DNA of 64,000 bases from Eledone cirrhosa (lineage: Eukaryota). Position numbers and translations under genes: made by a program. Shown one piece after another: positions 1-15,879 of this stretch. The DNA is taken from contig OZ024742.1 in assembly GCA_964016885.1 (NCBI GenBank), positions 195,920,001 to 195,984,000 on the forward strand, given 5' to 3'. Under the pieces are notes generated by a model. It worked only from the letters and a program-made list of their open reading frames with translations. It searched no databases and was not told where the DNA came from. Numbering within the stretch: position 1 is the first letter of the stretch; every line of letters begins with the position of its first letter.

Positions 1-1216
1 CGACCCTCCACCGTAATGTTTATTTTGTTGTTGTCGTCGATGACGTCTTTTTCGGGTATTTTGGAGATTCTCTCCGGCTTCATTTGAATCAGAATCTTCA
101 AATCAGTACCCGCCTACCTTTGTCTAATAGACTTTCGTATCAAAAGAAGCATATCAACCTCTGTCTCTACGAAGCCAGCCAAGATCCACCAGATGTTGAT
201 ATTTGGTGGTTTAATTTTTATTTTTATTTTTGTGTCCTTTTTCCCATGTACGTAGGGAAAAAGGTGAATGCTTTTGACACTATTGATGTCACAGAATGTT
301 TCTGGGCGAGTGCCTCGCTTTTAAACAGTACGAAAACACTTCCGTACTGTTTTCCTCGTTGGAGAAAGTCAATATTTGCTAGAGTCTCCTTGAAGGTGGC
401 TTCTATATCTCCTTGACTAACAAATATCGGCTTTCTCGTTTTGTTGGAGACAGTCCTAAAGGTCACTGTCCTGCGAACTGTCTCTTCTTTTATTTCGAGG
501 GGTGAGTTAATTCTAAACCCACCATTGTCTTCGAAAGTTACAAATTTTCTCCCTTGCTGGAGCATATCTCTTGCATTGGAGATGTCAAGATTTATAAAAT
601 CTTGGTTTTTGTTCACTGTTTCAGCGAAAGACATTTTTTTTTGTGTGGTGTTGCTGTTGTTGTTGTTGTTGTTGTTATCGTTGTTAGCCTCGGTGTTGGA
701 AATCTCAATTTCTTGACGAGGTGACACTTTATGTGTAGATGTATCTAAGGAGTTGTTGGTGTTGTCTTTTTCATGTGTATGTATGTTAATAGGTTTAATT
801 CCTGTGTTTTGCTGTGTGTTATTGTTATTTTTCTCCGCTTCGACGGTAGAAATTTTAAAATCTTCAAGTGGTAATATTTTTTTCTCTTTGTTGACAGTCG
901 TATCTACGGCGACGTCCATAGTAGCAGAAGCAGATATAACGTTAATATCTGCCTCTCTACCTCTCTTCTCTCTGTGGACGTTCTCTAGCGTTCTTTCCGA
1001 GCTATTCATGTTTTATAGTTGCCAAAATTTGATATTTTAAAACAATTTTTTAATTAAATTTTCGCCCCTAAAGGGGCGAAAAATGGGATTACCACCCAGC
1101 TGACAATTCAGCTTGGGGGTTAATCTACAAAATGATATGTTTTTTCAAACAATTAGTTCAGTTTTTTGCATAGAAATTAACAAAAAAGCTTACCGGCGAT
1201 GTTCCATGCATCAGGC

Positions 1217-1218
<2 letters not shown>
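1..1218 (-). mobile_element. 5' portion of a non-LTR retrotransposon, probably Tx1/L1 clade (5' UTR plus ORF1), running off the window start
   Basis: The 261-aa ORF has an Asn-rich linker followed by an RRM-like segment (GSVFVLFKSEALAQK...FFPTYMGKRT). It continues after a frameshift as KIKIKIKPPNINIWWILAGF. The 5' end abuts a (GATA)n tract. Confidence 0.6.
224..1009 (-). pseudogene. LINE ORF1-like (RRM-type) protein, frameshifted near 230
   Basis: ORF track 224..1009; plausible protein-like continuation in a shifted frame. Confidence 0.55.

Positions 1219-1294
<76 letters not shown>
1219..1294. repeat. (GATA)n microsatellite
   Basis: Directly visible. Confidence 0.97.
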
Positions 1295-1295
<1 letters not shown>

Positions 1296-1814
1296 GACTG
1301 GTAGATTCGAAAATCCAGCAGTCCTCTCAAAGATAAAATACACGCTGCCCCTAAGAGGGTAAGGGGAGGCCATCTTAAAATATAAAACAATATACACGCT
1401 GGTCATTTAAACTTGTTAGGTATTATAACCACGTGTTTAAGAAGTCAATTGGATATTAAAAGAATAACTATATGTATACACAATCAATGCCCACATAGGG
1501 ATATTAAAATATAATAAATACATGTAGGACCACTCATATACACACATAGTTATTCTCTAAGGCTAAATCAGACAGATCAGGAAGATCAATCAGTATTTCA
1601 TATAAAAAATAATAATAATAAATATATCTGGAAATCATATCCGGCCACCAAGAGTATATATTTAATACATTAACAGAGAAAGCCTTAAGCAATACTCTGA
1701 CCAACTCCATCTCACTCAACAAACATTAGGATATACCTAAGTATTTTCCCAATTTAGTATTTGGGGTGCTAACTAATCAGTATTTCGTGGATAGCTGTTT
1801 GTATTATTTTATAT

Positions 1815-2112
<298 letters not shown>

Positions 2113-2196
2113 AAAGGTAAACAGAAATAACAACACATTCAGTACAGTATATGGAAGGAATATATTAAGTTAACGCTTGAAATAGAAGGAAGAGAG

Positions 2197-2232
2197 TCTT
2201 AACGGTTCGGACGCTAGTCCTTCATCAGAAGA
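2197..2232 (-). ncRNA. Minimal type I hammerhead ribozyme, degenerate
   Basis: Minus strand: tctt-CTGATGA-aggac(tagc)gtcc-GAAC-cGTT-aaga. Stem I is tctt/aaga; GAAA is changed to GAAC. Confidence 0.6.
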
Positions 2233-2407
2233 AAGAATGGGAAATAAGATAGATTGAAGGGACGGGTGGGTCTTTAGATAAAAATAACAGGTCCATTCAT
2301 GTTGACATCTCTATATATAAAATGTCAGCAATGAAAAAGTTTTAGGAAAATAATATATAACAATGACTATATATATTAGTTTAACGCTTGATATAGTAGG
2401 AAAACAG

Positions 2408-2443
2408 TCTTAACATTTCGGACGTTAATCCTTCATTAGAAAA
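2408..2443 (-). ncRNA. Minimal type I hammerhead ribozyme, degenerate second copy
   Basis: Minus strand: tttt-CTAATGA-aggat(taac)gtcc-GAAA-tGTT-aaga; core G5 is mutated. Confidence 0.5.
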
Positions 2444-3244
2444 TAAAATGAGATAGAAAAGAGAGGTTGTTTCAGAGAATGAAGAAAAAATAGATAAATG
2501 AGAGTAAGAAATAAAAGGAAGCGAAAAAAGTTTAGACGGAAGGAAAACATGTTTTGATGAAGTGGTTTAGTAAAGACACTTAATCGCTATGAGATATTTC
2601 CCTTGTAACTGGGGATAGTTTTTCATTCGGTTGATAGTACAATGATGTGAACCCGGCCAATGTGGGAGAACTCTCTCTGGTGTGCAGAACTCCAGGTCAA
2701 ACCACCCCGTGGTCCCGGTGGACTGAATGGATAAAGCATTACTCCCAGAGGATAGCGAGAAAGATGGGTTGAAATAGCCATTTCAACTCACGTGACTCAC
2801 TCCTACGGATAGCTAACTCCGCTCCGACAGCAGTGAGTTTGGGGGTGGTTCGAGGACTGAGAACACCGGAAGTCTCCGCCTCTACAGATTCAAAGTCAAA
2901 TCTATCGGAAAGCGGTGGATACTTAAACAGCTTGTCATCTTCAGCTTGTTGGGCAACGGAGTCTGGGTCTGTCACCGCAGTTCCTCAACAGGAAGAGAGC
3001 CGTATGTGCGTCAGTCAAGTTGAGTTTGTTGATAAGTGTTTCGAACTGGCGATACTTGGAGTTGAGGTGCGATCAGGTACAAGCGGAAGGGTCTCCGAAT
3101 TAGGGATGAGAACATGGCCTTTCGGGGTCACATGTACGTCGTGAAGTATCAATCGCATATCCAAGATGAAGGCTGCGAAGCCCTCTGCGTCGTAATTAAC
3201 GTCCACGGCCTCCAGCTTAGCAGGTTGATCTCAAGGCCAATCCT

Positions 3245-4310
3245 TGTCAGAGCAGCAGCTACTGAGTAAGATCGTGGCTGGCTATAGCTGTGTCATCCAA
3301 GTACCATACGTTGTTGAATGGATCCGAGATGATATGAGCAACGGTGTCTACCTTGAGTGCGAAGAAGAGAGGACTTAAAGAGTCACTCTGTTGAACAGCG
3401 GTGGTGGACGATATAATATTATCCGCGGTGAGAAGCATGTTGGAGACCTGTCCCAATGGGTAGGCGGATGAGGAATCACGGGCAAACTTCGAACAAGTGG
3501 TCGCGGTGCACACAGTTGAAGGTATTTCTCATATCAAACTTGACGATGAGATGCCTGGAATCTTCCGGCATTGACTTATTGAAGAACTATCTAGCGGTGT
3601 GAGCACCACTCCCACCCCACTCTCGCATCCGCCAGCTACGCCGAGCCCTAGCTGCACCGGGCTTAATTCCTCACCCATTTTGGAGGCGGCGGAACTACAA
3701 ATGGCCTTGGCAGCCAAACATCTGAAGATATTGTCTACAGCAAAAAGCGTATGCCACCATGTTTCTTCCTAAGAGCAGTCTGACTGGCCAAAAAGAAGAG
3801 TCCAGAGTGCCGTGAATTAACCCTTCAGAGAGTGTCACAATCACACACAGTAGGTGGTTCCCAGCCTCAGCAGTGAGGGATGACATCATGTCTTTGAGGT
3901 GACAATCTCGGAGATCCTCACCCACTCCGACATCCCGCTGCTGCTAGCAGGGAAACACCTCATGGAAGAAACGATGTCTGCCTGGGAAACCACATATAGT
4001 GGTAGAGGGTCGAGTGGAGTTATGAGGTCTGCGGCTGGGTCGGTGTGCTTGAGTCGAAGAGCGGTTAGGACCTTCTCGGTGGGGTGGAGAACAGTGTCTT
4101 CACCTTCCATTAATTAGGCATTTACGCCGTTGCGTTAACGCTTTGAGCTAACATCGGGGGTGGAGGACTGTGGGCTCGTGTATGACTTGAGGGCAGTGTG
4201 GTCGGGCACACATGAAATAGGGTCTGACCGAAGGTCGTAATATTGGCCTTGACAAACACCGTTGGTGACAGGTCGCATCGTTCGGCGCCAGTATTGGGGA
4301 GACCGAGAGT
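3245..4310 (-). mobile_element. Decayed CRE-clade non-LTR retrotransposon reverse transcriptase
   Basis: Fragmented ORFs in the expected order: LTALRLKH, MRCFPASSSG, LRDCHLKDM, PVQLGLGVAGGCES, VQQSDSLSPLFF, VWYLDD. These match CRE-type RT motifs (QLGVGVxGGCE, QQGDPLGP, WYLDD). Confidence 0.8.
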
Positions 4311-4538
4311 AACGTAGAGTAAAATATATAAGTTGATTATATAAAAATCAGCAATAAAATGATTTGAACATAGTTTTGATTATTGTGTAATTTATATTCC
4401 TGCTCTGTAAAACATCTGATGTATTTACATTGAGCTATTTTTCTTACTGGTAATAGGGTAGTAATGAGTTACTGACCTTTCCTGTTTATAGTTGTATATA
4501 GTGTATATATAACTATAAATAATATTATTATTATTATT

Positions 4539-6406
<1,868 letters not shown>

Positions 6407-6458
6407 CCTACATAGAGCACTCTTTTTTCCTGGACCTATCCGACGGAATTACTTCATT

Positions 6459-6522
<64 letters not shown>

Positions 6523-6562
6523 CGAAACATAAGTCAATTGCATGAACTCATAATTTTTTATT

Positions 6563-6620
6563 TACTGCTATATATGTTTTGATGATAGCCATTGTATGGC
6601 TATGACCTCATCAGACAGTT
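6563..6620 (-). ncRNA. Degenerate type I hammerhead in a solo fragment between (TA)n tracts
   Basis: Minus strand: actgt-CTGATGA-ggtc-atagccat(aca)atggctat-catc-AAAA-catata-TA-gcagt; GAAA is changed to AAAA. Confidence 0.55.
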
Positions 6621-6650
6621 AGTCAGTTCTTAGATATGCCAGCTCTGTCC

Positions 6651-6713
<63 letters not shown>

Positions 6714-6721
6714 ATATATAT

Positions 6722-6873
<152 letters not shown>

Positions 6874-7180
6874 GCAAAAGTTCTATTTAAAATTGTTGGG
6901 ATACAACAAGTAAATATTTTATAACTGATATAAAGCACTCGACAAGTTTTTGGAGTAGATATACGATATTAATAAATGGAAACTATATTTATAAAACCAT
7001 CCAGACAGCTTCCAAAAATAATGGTTGCATTTAATAGGGTACGTCAAAATTATTTATAAAACTGTTTATATATTGTATTTTGTCTGATGAAGGCATACCA
7101 TATTTTAATTTGGTATCCCTGAAATATGTATAATGAAATAAATATGGTTTTATAAATTTACTTTCCATTTATTAATATCG

Positions 7181-7182
<2 letters not shown>
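6874..7182 (+). mobile_element. Family A hammerhead element (~270-nt unit): plus-strand copy preceded by an inverted 3' end
   Basis: Homologous to 23210-23482, 29379-29599 and 29933-30183. Segment 6962-7000 is inverted relative to 7143-7182. Confidence 0.8.
7076..7140 (+). ncRNA. Type I hammerhead ribozyme (family A)
   Basis: tattttgt-CTGATGA-aggcatacca...tggtatccct-GAAA-tatgta-TA-atgaaata. Confidence 0.88.
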
Positions 7183-7277
<95 letters not shown>

Positions 7278-7284
7278 TTATATA

Positions 7285-7367
<83 letters not shown>

Positions 7368-7408
7368 TATATATTCTATATATATAGATATATAGATCTA
7401 ACTTAACT

Positions 7409-8563
7409 TTGGATGACATTAATATTATTACACATGCTAGACTAACACTACTGGAATTTCAGAATGAATACTGGACCAGAAACACATATAGTAATCTATT
7501 TGATATTACTATGGGCTCAAGCGATTCTGCCCAAATTACTGATCTTGTGGGCCTCTTTCTTCTTTTTAACATAAATGCTTCCTTTCCCCACCTTAAAGGT
7601 GGTTTATATCGTGACGACTGTCTTCTTCTTTCCAATAACCTTAGCCTCTCAGAGATAGAAAAAAATAAAAAGCTTATTAGAACTTTCCTTAAGGACTATT
7701 ATAGTCTAGATATTACATTTGAAAACACAAGTAAAGTAGTTAATTTTCTAGATATAACATTAGACTTATCTACGGGTATCTACCAACCTTACCATAAACC
7801 CAACCAAAATTTACACTACATACACTCACAATCTAATCACCCTAAATCTATCCTTAAAAACCTTGCATATAATATATCACTTAGAATTTCTAACCTTTCG
7901 TCTAACCAAGATGTATTTGATAAAAATGCGACCTTTTATAACGAAGCTCTAGCTAGAAGTGGCCACAAAAATAGATTAATATATATATCTTCTACCAATA
8001 ATACTACAAACATACAACCTAATATTACCAACAAACACCAAATGAAACGTACACACCTAAATGCCACTCACACTATACCCCAAAATACCAACATAAAACC
8101 AATTTTCTCTAACTCTTCTAATATACAGTATAGTAACTCTCAAAAAACTACTCATCCTACAACTCTAATAAATGTTAATAATAAAACTCCTAATAAACAA
8201 GCTAAAACACCTAAATCAATAAATCTAACTAAAAATGTGTGTGGAGAGGTCATTAACAATAATTCTCCTAGTAAACATCAGGATGCATCCTATAAAAACA
8301 ATAAACAACATAGAAACCGTAATAGACGGGTTACTTGGTATAATGCTCCATTTAATTTGCAAGTTAAGGATAATATACCTAAAAAATTCTTTAATATCCT
8401 AGAGAAAAACTTCCCGCCAAACCACAAATACCATCAAATCTTAAATAGATCAACAGTTAAATTCTCCTACTCAACAACCAAAAACATAAAACAAAATATA
8501 AGTGCCTATAATGCATATAAATGTAAAAAAAACCATAAGTATACCACCAGTATATCAAACTAA
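7409..8563 (+). pseudogene. Penelope-like reverse transcriptase, C-terminal half plus linker
   Basis: 384-aa ORF with YRDD; N-terminally truncated; frameshift near 8530 into the endonuclease. Confidence 0.88.
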
Positions 8564-8900
8564 CCATAATATCTCCTCAGATACAGGACTCACGAAAAGT
8601 TGTAACTGTAGAAACAAGGCAAACTGTCCATTAAAAGGAAATTGCCTTGTTAATAACATAATATATAAATGTAAAGTTAACACTAAGGACTCTATTTATT
8701 CATATATAGGAGCTACCTCTAATAATTTTAAGGTAAGATTTAATACCCACAAACATAGTTTTAAAAATGCCGCACTAGCTAATACAACATCTCTAGCTGA
8801 AAAAATTAATAGTTATAGAAAGAGGAATATAGAATATGACCTGACCTGGAGTGTGCTCAAAATATATAAACTATTTTTAATTCAGTTAACCTATAATTAA
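8502..8900 (+). pseudogene. Penelope-like Cys-rich motif plus GIY-YIG endonuclease, truncated
   Basis: SCNCRNKANCPLKGNCLVNNIIYKC...YIGATSNNFKVRFNTHKHSF. Confidence 0.85.
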
Positions 8901-9459
8901 TATTCTACTACTGATGAACTACATAATTTGGCTTTCCTTCTTACAAATATCATTTCCTAAAACTGATACCATTAAGTAAACATATGTAATTATTTTTAAT
9001 TTAGTTAACCTATAATTAATATTCTACTACTGATGAACTACATAATTCTGCTTTAAATATGATAAACCTAATTAATATACACCTTAGAAATTTACATATA
9101 AACTATTTTTATTTTAGTTAACCTATAATTAATATTCTACTAATGATGAACTACATAATTTGGCTCTCCTTCTTACAAATATCATTTCCTAAAACTGATA
9201 CCATTAAGTAAACATATATAATGCTTTAACTTCAGGTTATGACTCTATGTTCCTTGAAACCTATATATATTTACTATTTCCCACTAATAAATTTAATCCC
9301 CCCCCTAATAATTATATGTATATGTAAGTGTGGATGTGTGTGTATATAAGTGTGTATGTATGTATGTGTGTATGTATGTGAGTGTAAAAATATATATATA
9401 TGTATGTATATATATATATATACATATATATGTGTATATGTGTGTGTGTGTGTGTATGA

Positions 9460-9494
<35 letters not shown>

Positions 9495-9535
9495 TGTGTG
9501 TGTGTGTCTGTATGTATATGTACATGGGTATATGC

Positions 9536-9578
<43 letters not shown>

Positions 9579-9612
9579 GGTATATATTTGTGTGTGTATG
9601 TGTATGTATGTG

Positions 9613-9704
<92 letters not shown>

Positions 9705-10487
9705 TGTGGATGTATGTATATATATGTAGGTACATATATGTGTATATATATATGTATATCATTCTTATATTCTTTTAATCACCCCTCATCCTTAACAGCA
9801 TTTTTCAACTGCATCTAACTCTTATTTATCATATCTATATGTATTAGTATAATTTTATCAATATAAATATACCCATCAATTAAATTAATTTTGTATCCTT
9901 TTCATAGATGTATATTTTTTTTCACTAACATCCTTATCTTAAAACTCTAGCCACCTTAGATATTTGTATTGGCATTACTATTTTATAACAGCAACTGCTT
10001 GTATACCTTCTACTGACCACCTGACCTAGTTTCACCCCTAAAATAAGTTTCAATTACTACTATTTTACCATTTGGCCAATTATTAACCCTCTATTGGTTA
10101 ATTCTAAACATCTTACCAAACAGACAGAATATATTTGATCTTTGTTGGTTTTATTCAATGAACAAATAAAATTATCTCTGAGGTCAACATATGACCTACT
10201 TCTTCCCTAAAGTAATCCATTATTATATTGGATCTTTGTTGGTTTTATTCAATGAACAAATAAAATTATTTCTGAGGTCAACATATGACCTACTTCTTCC
10301 CTAAAGTAATCCTTCATTCGTAATACTCTTTTCCATCCAAAACTGAAATCTACCTTCTTCTACCCATAATTTAAGATTCTCCTAATATCACTATCTTGAC
10401 CCTCACTATCTCCTGATTGGTCAATTCAAAACCTGTTCCCAAACAGACCTATTGTATTGAATCTTTGTTCTTATCAATAAACAAGTA

Positions 10488-10629
10488 TCATTATTTCTGA
10501 AGACAGCATATATATGTGAAGGTATGTATATTCCCTCTGATAGTTTGTATAAATATTGTACATAGATCTATAGAATATGCATATCAACTCTAACACATAT
10601 ATATCCTAGAAACGATCGTAAAATAATGA
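10488..10629 (+). ncRNA. Type I hammerhead ribozyme with ~105-nt stem II
   Basis: tcattattt-CTGAAGA-[10504-10608]-GAAA-cgatcg-TA-aaataatga. Perfect 9-bp stem I; insert pairs atatatatgtg/cacatatatat. Confidence 0.8.
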
Positions 10630-10678
10630 ATTTTTCTAATATAAGGAACTGTTTCTTTGTTTATTCATTATTTTTTTA

Positions 10679-10824
<146 letters not shown>

Positions 10825-10825
10825 A

Positions 10826-10934
<109 letters not shown>

Positions 10935-11376
10935 TATATATATATATAGTCCTATATATATATATATATATAGTCCTATATATATATATATATATATAGG
11001 ACTGTTCGCTTTCCCGTTGTCTCTGCCTTGTGCGCACTCTTTTTTTCATAGTTATATATTTTATATAAACATACATATACACAAATATGTTTACGTACAC
11101 ACATGCGCTCACGTAGACACGTGCAAAAACCTACATGCACGCACATGCAAAAACAGGGGTACACGAGTGTGCAAACGTACGTGCCTACACACGCACATAC
11201 ACACACACACACACGTGCCTACATGCATGCACACGTGCATAAAGCCACACCAAGTTACATATAATCAAACACAAATATATGTGTATATGTATGCATGTAT
11301 GTTTACATGTGAGTATGTGTGTGCATCTGTGTTTGCATTTAAGTGTGTGCAGCTGTATGTGTGTATGTGTATTTTG

Positions 11377-11380
11377 GTGC

Positions 11381-11418
<38 letters not shown>

Positions 11419-11813
11419 TTGCTGTTGTTGCTGTTGTTGATACTGTACTTGTGCTACTGTTGTTGTTGTTTATACTGTATTTGTTGTTGTTGTTGTTGTT
11501 GTTCATATTGTATTTGTTGTCGTTGTTTATACTGTATTTGTTGTTGTTGTTGTTGTTCATACTGTATTTGTTGTTGTTTATACTGTATTTGTTGTTGTTG
11601 TTGTTTATACTGTATTTGTTGTTGTTGTTGTTTATACTGTATTTGTTGTTGTTGTTGTTGTTTATACTGTATTTGTTGTTGTTGTTGTTTATACTGTATT
11701 TGTTGTTGTTGTTGTTTATACTGTATTAGTTGTTGTTGTTGTTTATACTGTATTTGTTGTTGTTGTTCATATTGTATTTGTTGTTGTTGTATTTGTTGTT
11801 GTTTATACTGTAT

Positions 11814-11851
<38 letters not shown>

Positions 11852-12142
11852 ACTGTATTTGTTGTTGTTGTTGTTATTTATACTGTATTTGTTGTTGCTG
11901 CTGTTGTTGTTGTTGCTGCTGTTGTTGTTGCTGTTGTTGCTGCTGTTCATTCTGTACTTGTTGTTGCTCCTGTTGTTATTGTTGTTGCTATTGTTGCTGC
12001 CGTTGATTTTGTACTTGTTGTTGTTGTTATTGTTGTTGTTGTTGTTATTGTTGATAATGAACTTGCTGCTGCTGCTGTTGTTGTTATTGTTGTTGTTGTT
12101 GTCGTTATTGTATTTCTTGCTGTTGTTGTTGTTGTTGTTGTT
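11377..12142. repeat. (TTG)n-based compound repeat with a recurring TTTATACTGTATTTG unit
   Basis: Directly visible. Confidence 0.95.
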
Positions 12143-12181
12143 TTATAGCCCAAGATCAATGTCAGTTGACTAGTCTTATGA

Positions 12182-15100
12182 TCCACAACTAACCACCCCG
12201 CCACTCCACAACTAACCACCACACCACTCCACAAGTAACCACCACACCACTCCACAACTAGCCACCCCACCACTCCACAACTAACCACCCCACCACTCCA
12301 CAACTAACCACCCCGCCACTCCACAACTAACCACCCCACCACTCCACAACTAAACACCCCGCCACTCCACAACTAACCACCACACCACTCCACAACTAAC
12401 CACCCTGCCACTCCACAACTAACCACCCCACCACTCCACAACTAACCACCCCGCCACTCCACAACTAACCACCCCGCCACTCCACAACTAACCACACCAC
12501 CACTCCACAGCTAACCACCCCGCCACTCCACAACTAACCACCCCACCACTCCACAACTAACCACCCCACCACTCCACAACTAACCACCCCGCCACTCCAC
12601 AACTAACCACCCCGCCACTCCACAACTAAGCACCCCGCCACTACACAACTAACCACCCCAGCACTCCACAACTAACCACCCCACCACTCCGCAGCTAACC
12701 ACCCAACACTCCACAACTAACCACCCCACCACTCCACAACTAACCACCCAAACACTCCACAACTAACTACACCATCACTCCACAACTAACCACCCCCACC
12801 ACTCCACAAATAACCACCCCACCACTCCAGAACTAACTACGCCACCACTCCACAACTAACCACTCCACCACTCCACAACTAACCACCCCACCACTCAACA
12901 GCTAACCACCCCACCACTCCACAACTAACCACCCCACCACTCCACAACTAACCACCCCACCACTCCACAGCTAACCACCCCACCACTCCATGATTAACCA
13001 CCTCACCACTCCACAACTAACCACCCCACTACTCCACAGCTAACCACCCCTCCACTCCACAGCTAACCACCCCACCACTCCACAGCTAAACACCCCACCA
13101 CTCCACAACTAACCACACCATCACTCCACAACTAACCACCCCCACCACTCCACAACTAACCACCCCACCACTCCACAACTAACTACCCCCACCACTCCAC
13201 AACTAACCACCCCACTACTCCACAGCTAACGACCCCTGCACTCCACAACTAACCACCCCACCACTCCACAACTAACCACCCCACCACTCCATGATTAACC
13301 ACCCCACCACTCCACAACTAACCACCCGCACCACTTCACAACTAACCACCCCACTACTCCACAGCTAACCACCCCTCCACTCCACAGCTAACCACCCCAC
13401 CACTCCACAGCAAAACACCCCACAACTCCACAACTAACTACCCCACCACTCCACAACTAACCACCCCACCTTCCACAACTAACCACCCCACCACTCCACA
13501 GCAAAACACCCCACAACTCCACAACTAACTACCCCACCACTCCAAAACTAACCACCCCACCGCTTCACAGCTAACCACCCCCACCACTCCACAGCTAACC
13601 ACCCTACGACTCCATAATTAACCACACCACCATGCCACAACTAACCACACAACCACTCCAAAACTAACCACCTCGCCACTCCACAACTAACCAACCCATC
13701 ACTCCACAACTAACCACCCCACTACTCCACAGCTAGCCACCCCCACAACTCCGCAATTAACCATCCCACCACTACACAGCTAACCACCCCACCACTCCGC
13801 AACTAACAACTCCGCCACTCCACAACTGACCACTCCACCACTCCACAGCTAACCACCCCACCACTCCACAACTGACCACCCCGCCACTCCACAACTAAAC
13901 ACCCAATCACTCCACAACTAACCACCCCACCACTACGCAGTTACCCACCCCACCACTCCACAAATACCCACCCCACCACTCCACAACTAACCACCCCACT
14001 ACTCCACAGCTAACCACTCTACCACTCCACAACTAACCACCCCGCCACTCCACAGCTAACCACCCCACCACTCCACAACTACCGACCCCACTACTCCACA
14101 ACTAACCACCTCACCATCCCACAGCTAACCACCCCTCCACTCCACAACTAACGACCCCACTACTCCACAACTAACCACCCCACCATCCCATAGCTAACCA
14201 CCCCCACCACTCCACAGCTAACCACCCCGCCACTCCACAACTAACCACCCCACCACTCCACAACTAACCATCCCACCACTCCACAACTAACGACCCCACT
14301 ACTCCACAACTAACCACCCCACTATCCCATAGCTAACCACCCCCACCACTCCACAGCTAACCACCCCGCCTCTCCACAACTAACCACCCCCACCACTTCA
14401 CAACTAACCACCCCATCACTCCAGAGCTAACCACCCCACCACTCCACATCTAACAACCCCACCACTCCACAGCTAATCACCCCACTACTCCACAGCTAAC
14501 CATCCCACCACTCTACAACTAACCACCCCACTACTCCACAGCTAACCACCCCAACACACCGAAACTAACCATCCCACCACTACACAGCTAACTACCCCAC
14601 CACTCTGCAACTAACCACCCCACCACTCCACAACTGACCACTCCACCACTCCACAGCTAACCACCCCACCACTCCACAACTGCCCACCCCGCCACTCCAC
14701 AACTAACCATCCAACCAGTCCACAACTAACCACCACACCACTCCACAACTAACCACCCCGCCACTCCACAACTAATCACCCCACCACTCCACAACTAACC
14801 ACCCCACCACTCCACAACTAACCACCCCACCAACCCACAGCTAACCACCCCACCACTCCACAGCTAACCATCCCACCACTCCACAACTAACCACCCCATC
14901 ACTCCTCAACTAACCACCCCACCACTCCACAAATAACCACCCCACCACTCCACAAATAACCACCCCACCACTACACAACTAACCACCCCACCACTCCACA
15001 GCTAACCACCCCACCGCTCCACAACTAACCACCCCACCACTCCACAGCTAACCATCCCACCACTCCACAGCTAAACACCCCACCACTCCACAACTAACCA

Positions 15101-15681
15101 CCCCACCACTCCACAGCTAACCACCCCCACCACTCCACAGCTAACCACCCCACCACCCTACAACTAACCACCCCACCACTACACAACTAACCACCCCACC
15201 ACTCAAACTAAACACCCCACCACTCCACAGCTAACCACCCCACCACTCCACAACTAACCACCCCACCACTCCACAACTAACCACCCCACCACTACACAAC
15301 TAACCACCCCACCACTACACAACTAACCACCCCACCACTCCGCAGCTAACCACCCCACCACTCAACAACTAAACACCCCACCACTCCACAACCAACTATC
15401 CCACCACTCCACAACTAACCACCCCACCACTCCACAACTAACCACCCCGCCACTCCACAACTAACCACCCCACCACTCCACAACTAACCACCCCACCATT
15501 CCACAACTCACCACCCCACCACTCCACAAATAACCACCTCGCCAATCCACAACTAAACACCCCAACACTCCACAGCTAACCACCCCACCACTCCACAACT
15601 AACCACCCCGCCACTCCACAACTAACCACCCCAGCACTCCACAACTAACCACCCCACCATTCCACAACTAAACACCCCACC
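12182..15681. repeat. 23-bp minisatellite ACCACTCCACAACTAACCACCCC, about 150 copies
   Basis: Period 23 (CAACTAA at 12301 and 12324). Confidence 0.97.
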
Positions 15682-15879
15682 AGGTAATCAACCCCCTTCT
15701 CCTTTTTTTCTTTTAAAGAAGATGGTGCATGATATGAGGGATATTTGGTTGCTATTTCTAATAGGTTGAATGACAACAGAGCCTCACATTTGGCTACTGT
15801 TTGTATGTGAATATAAATCATGTTAACACAGATACATACATGCACGCACATACATGCACACACACACAGTCACACATAT

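Noticed and set aside
1296-1345. Possible variant hammerhead 5' half on the minus strand (tattttatc-tttgagag followed by a hairpin)
   Set aside because: The core fits neither CUGANGA nor the U3-A8 variant, and the GAAA/NUH half is absent.
8895-9220. CTGATGA in a locally triplicated segment
   Set aside because: No properly spaced stem II, GAAA or stem I partner; it is a local tandem duplication.
12182-15681. Interstitial telomere
   Set aside because: The unit is 23 bp with no tandem TTAGGG or TTAGG.
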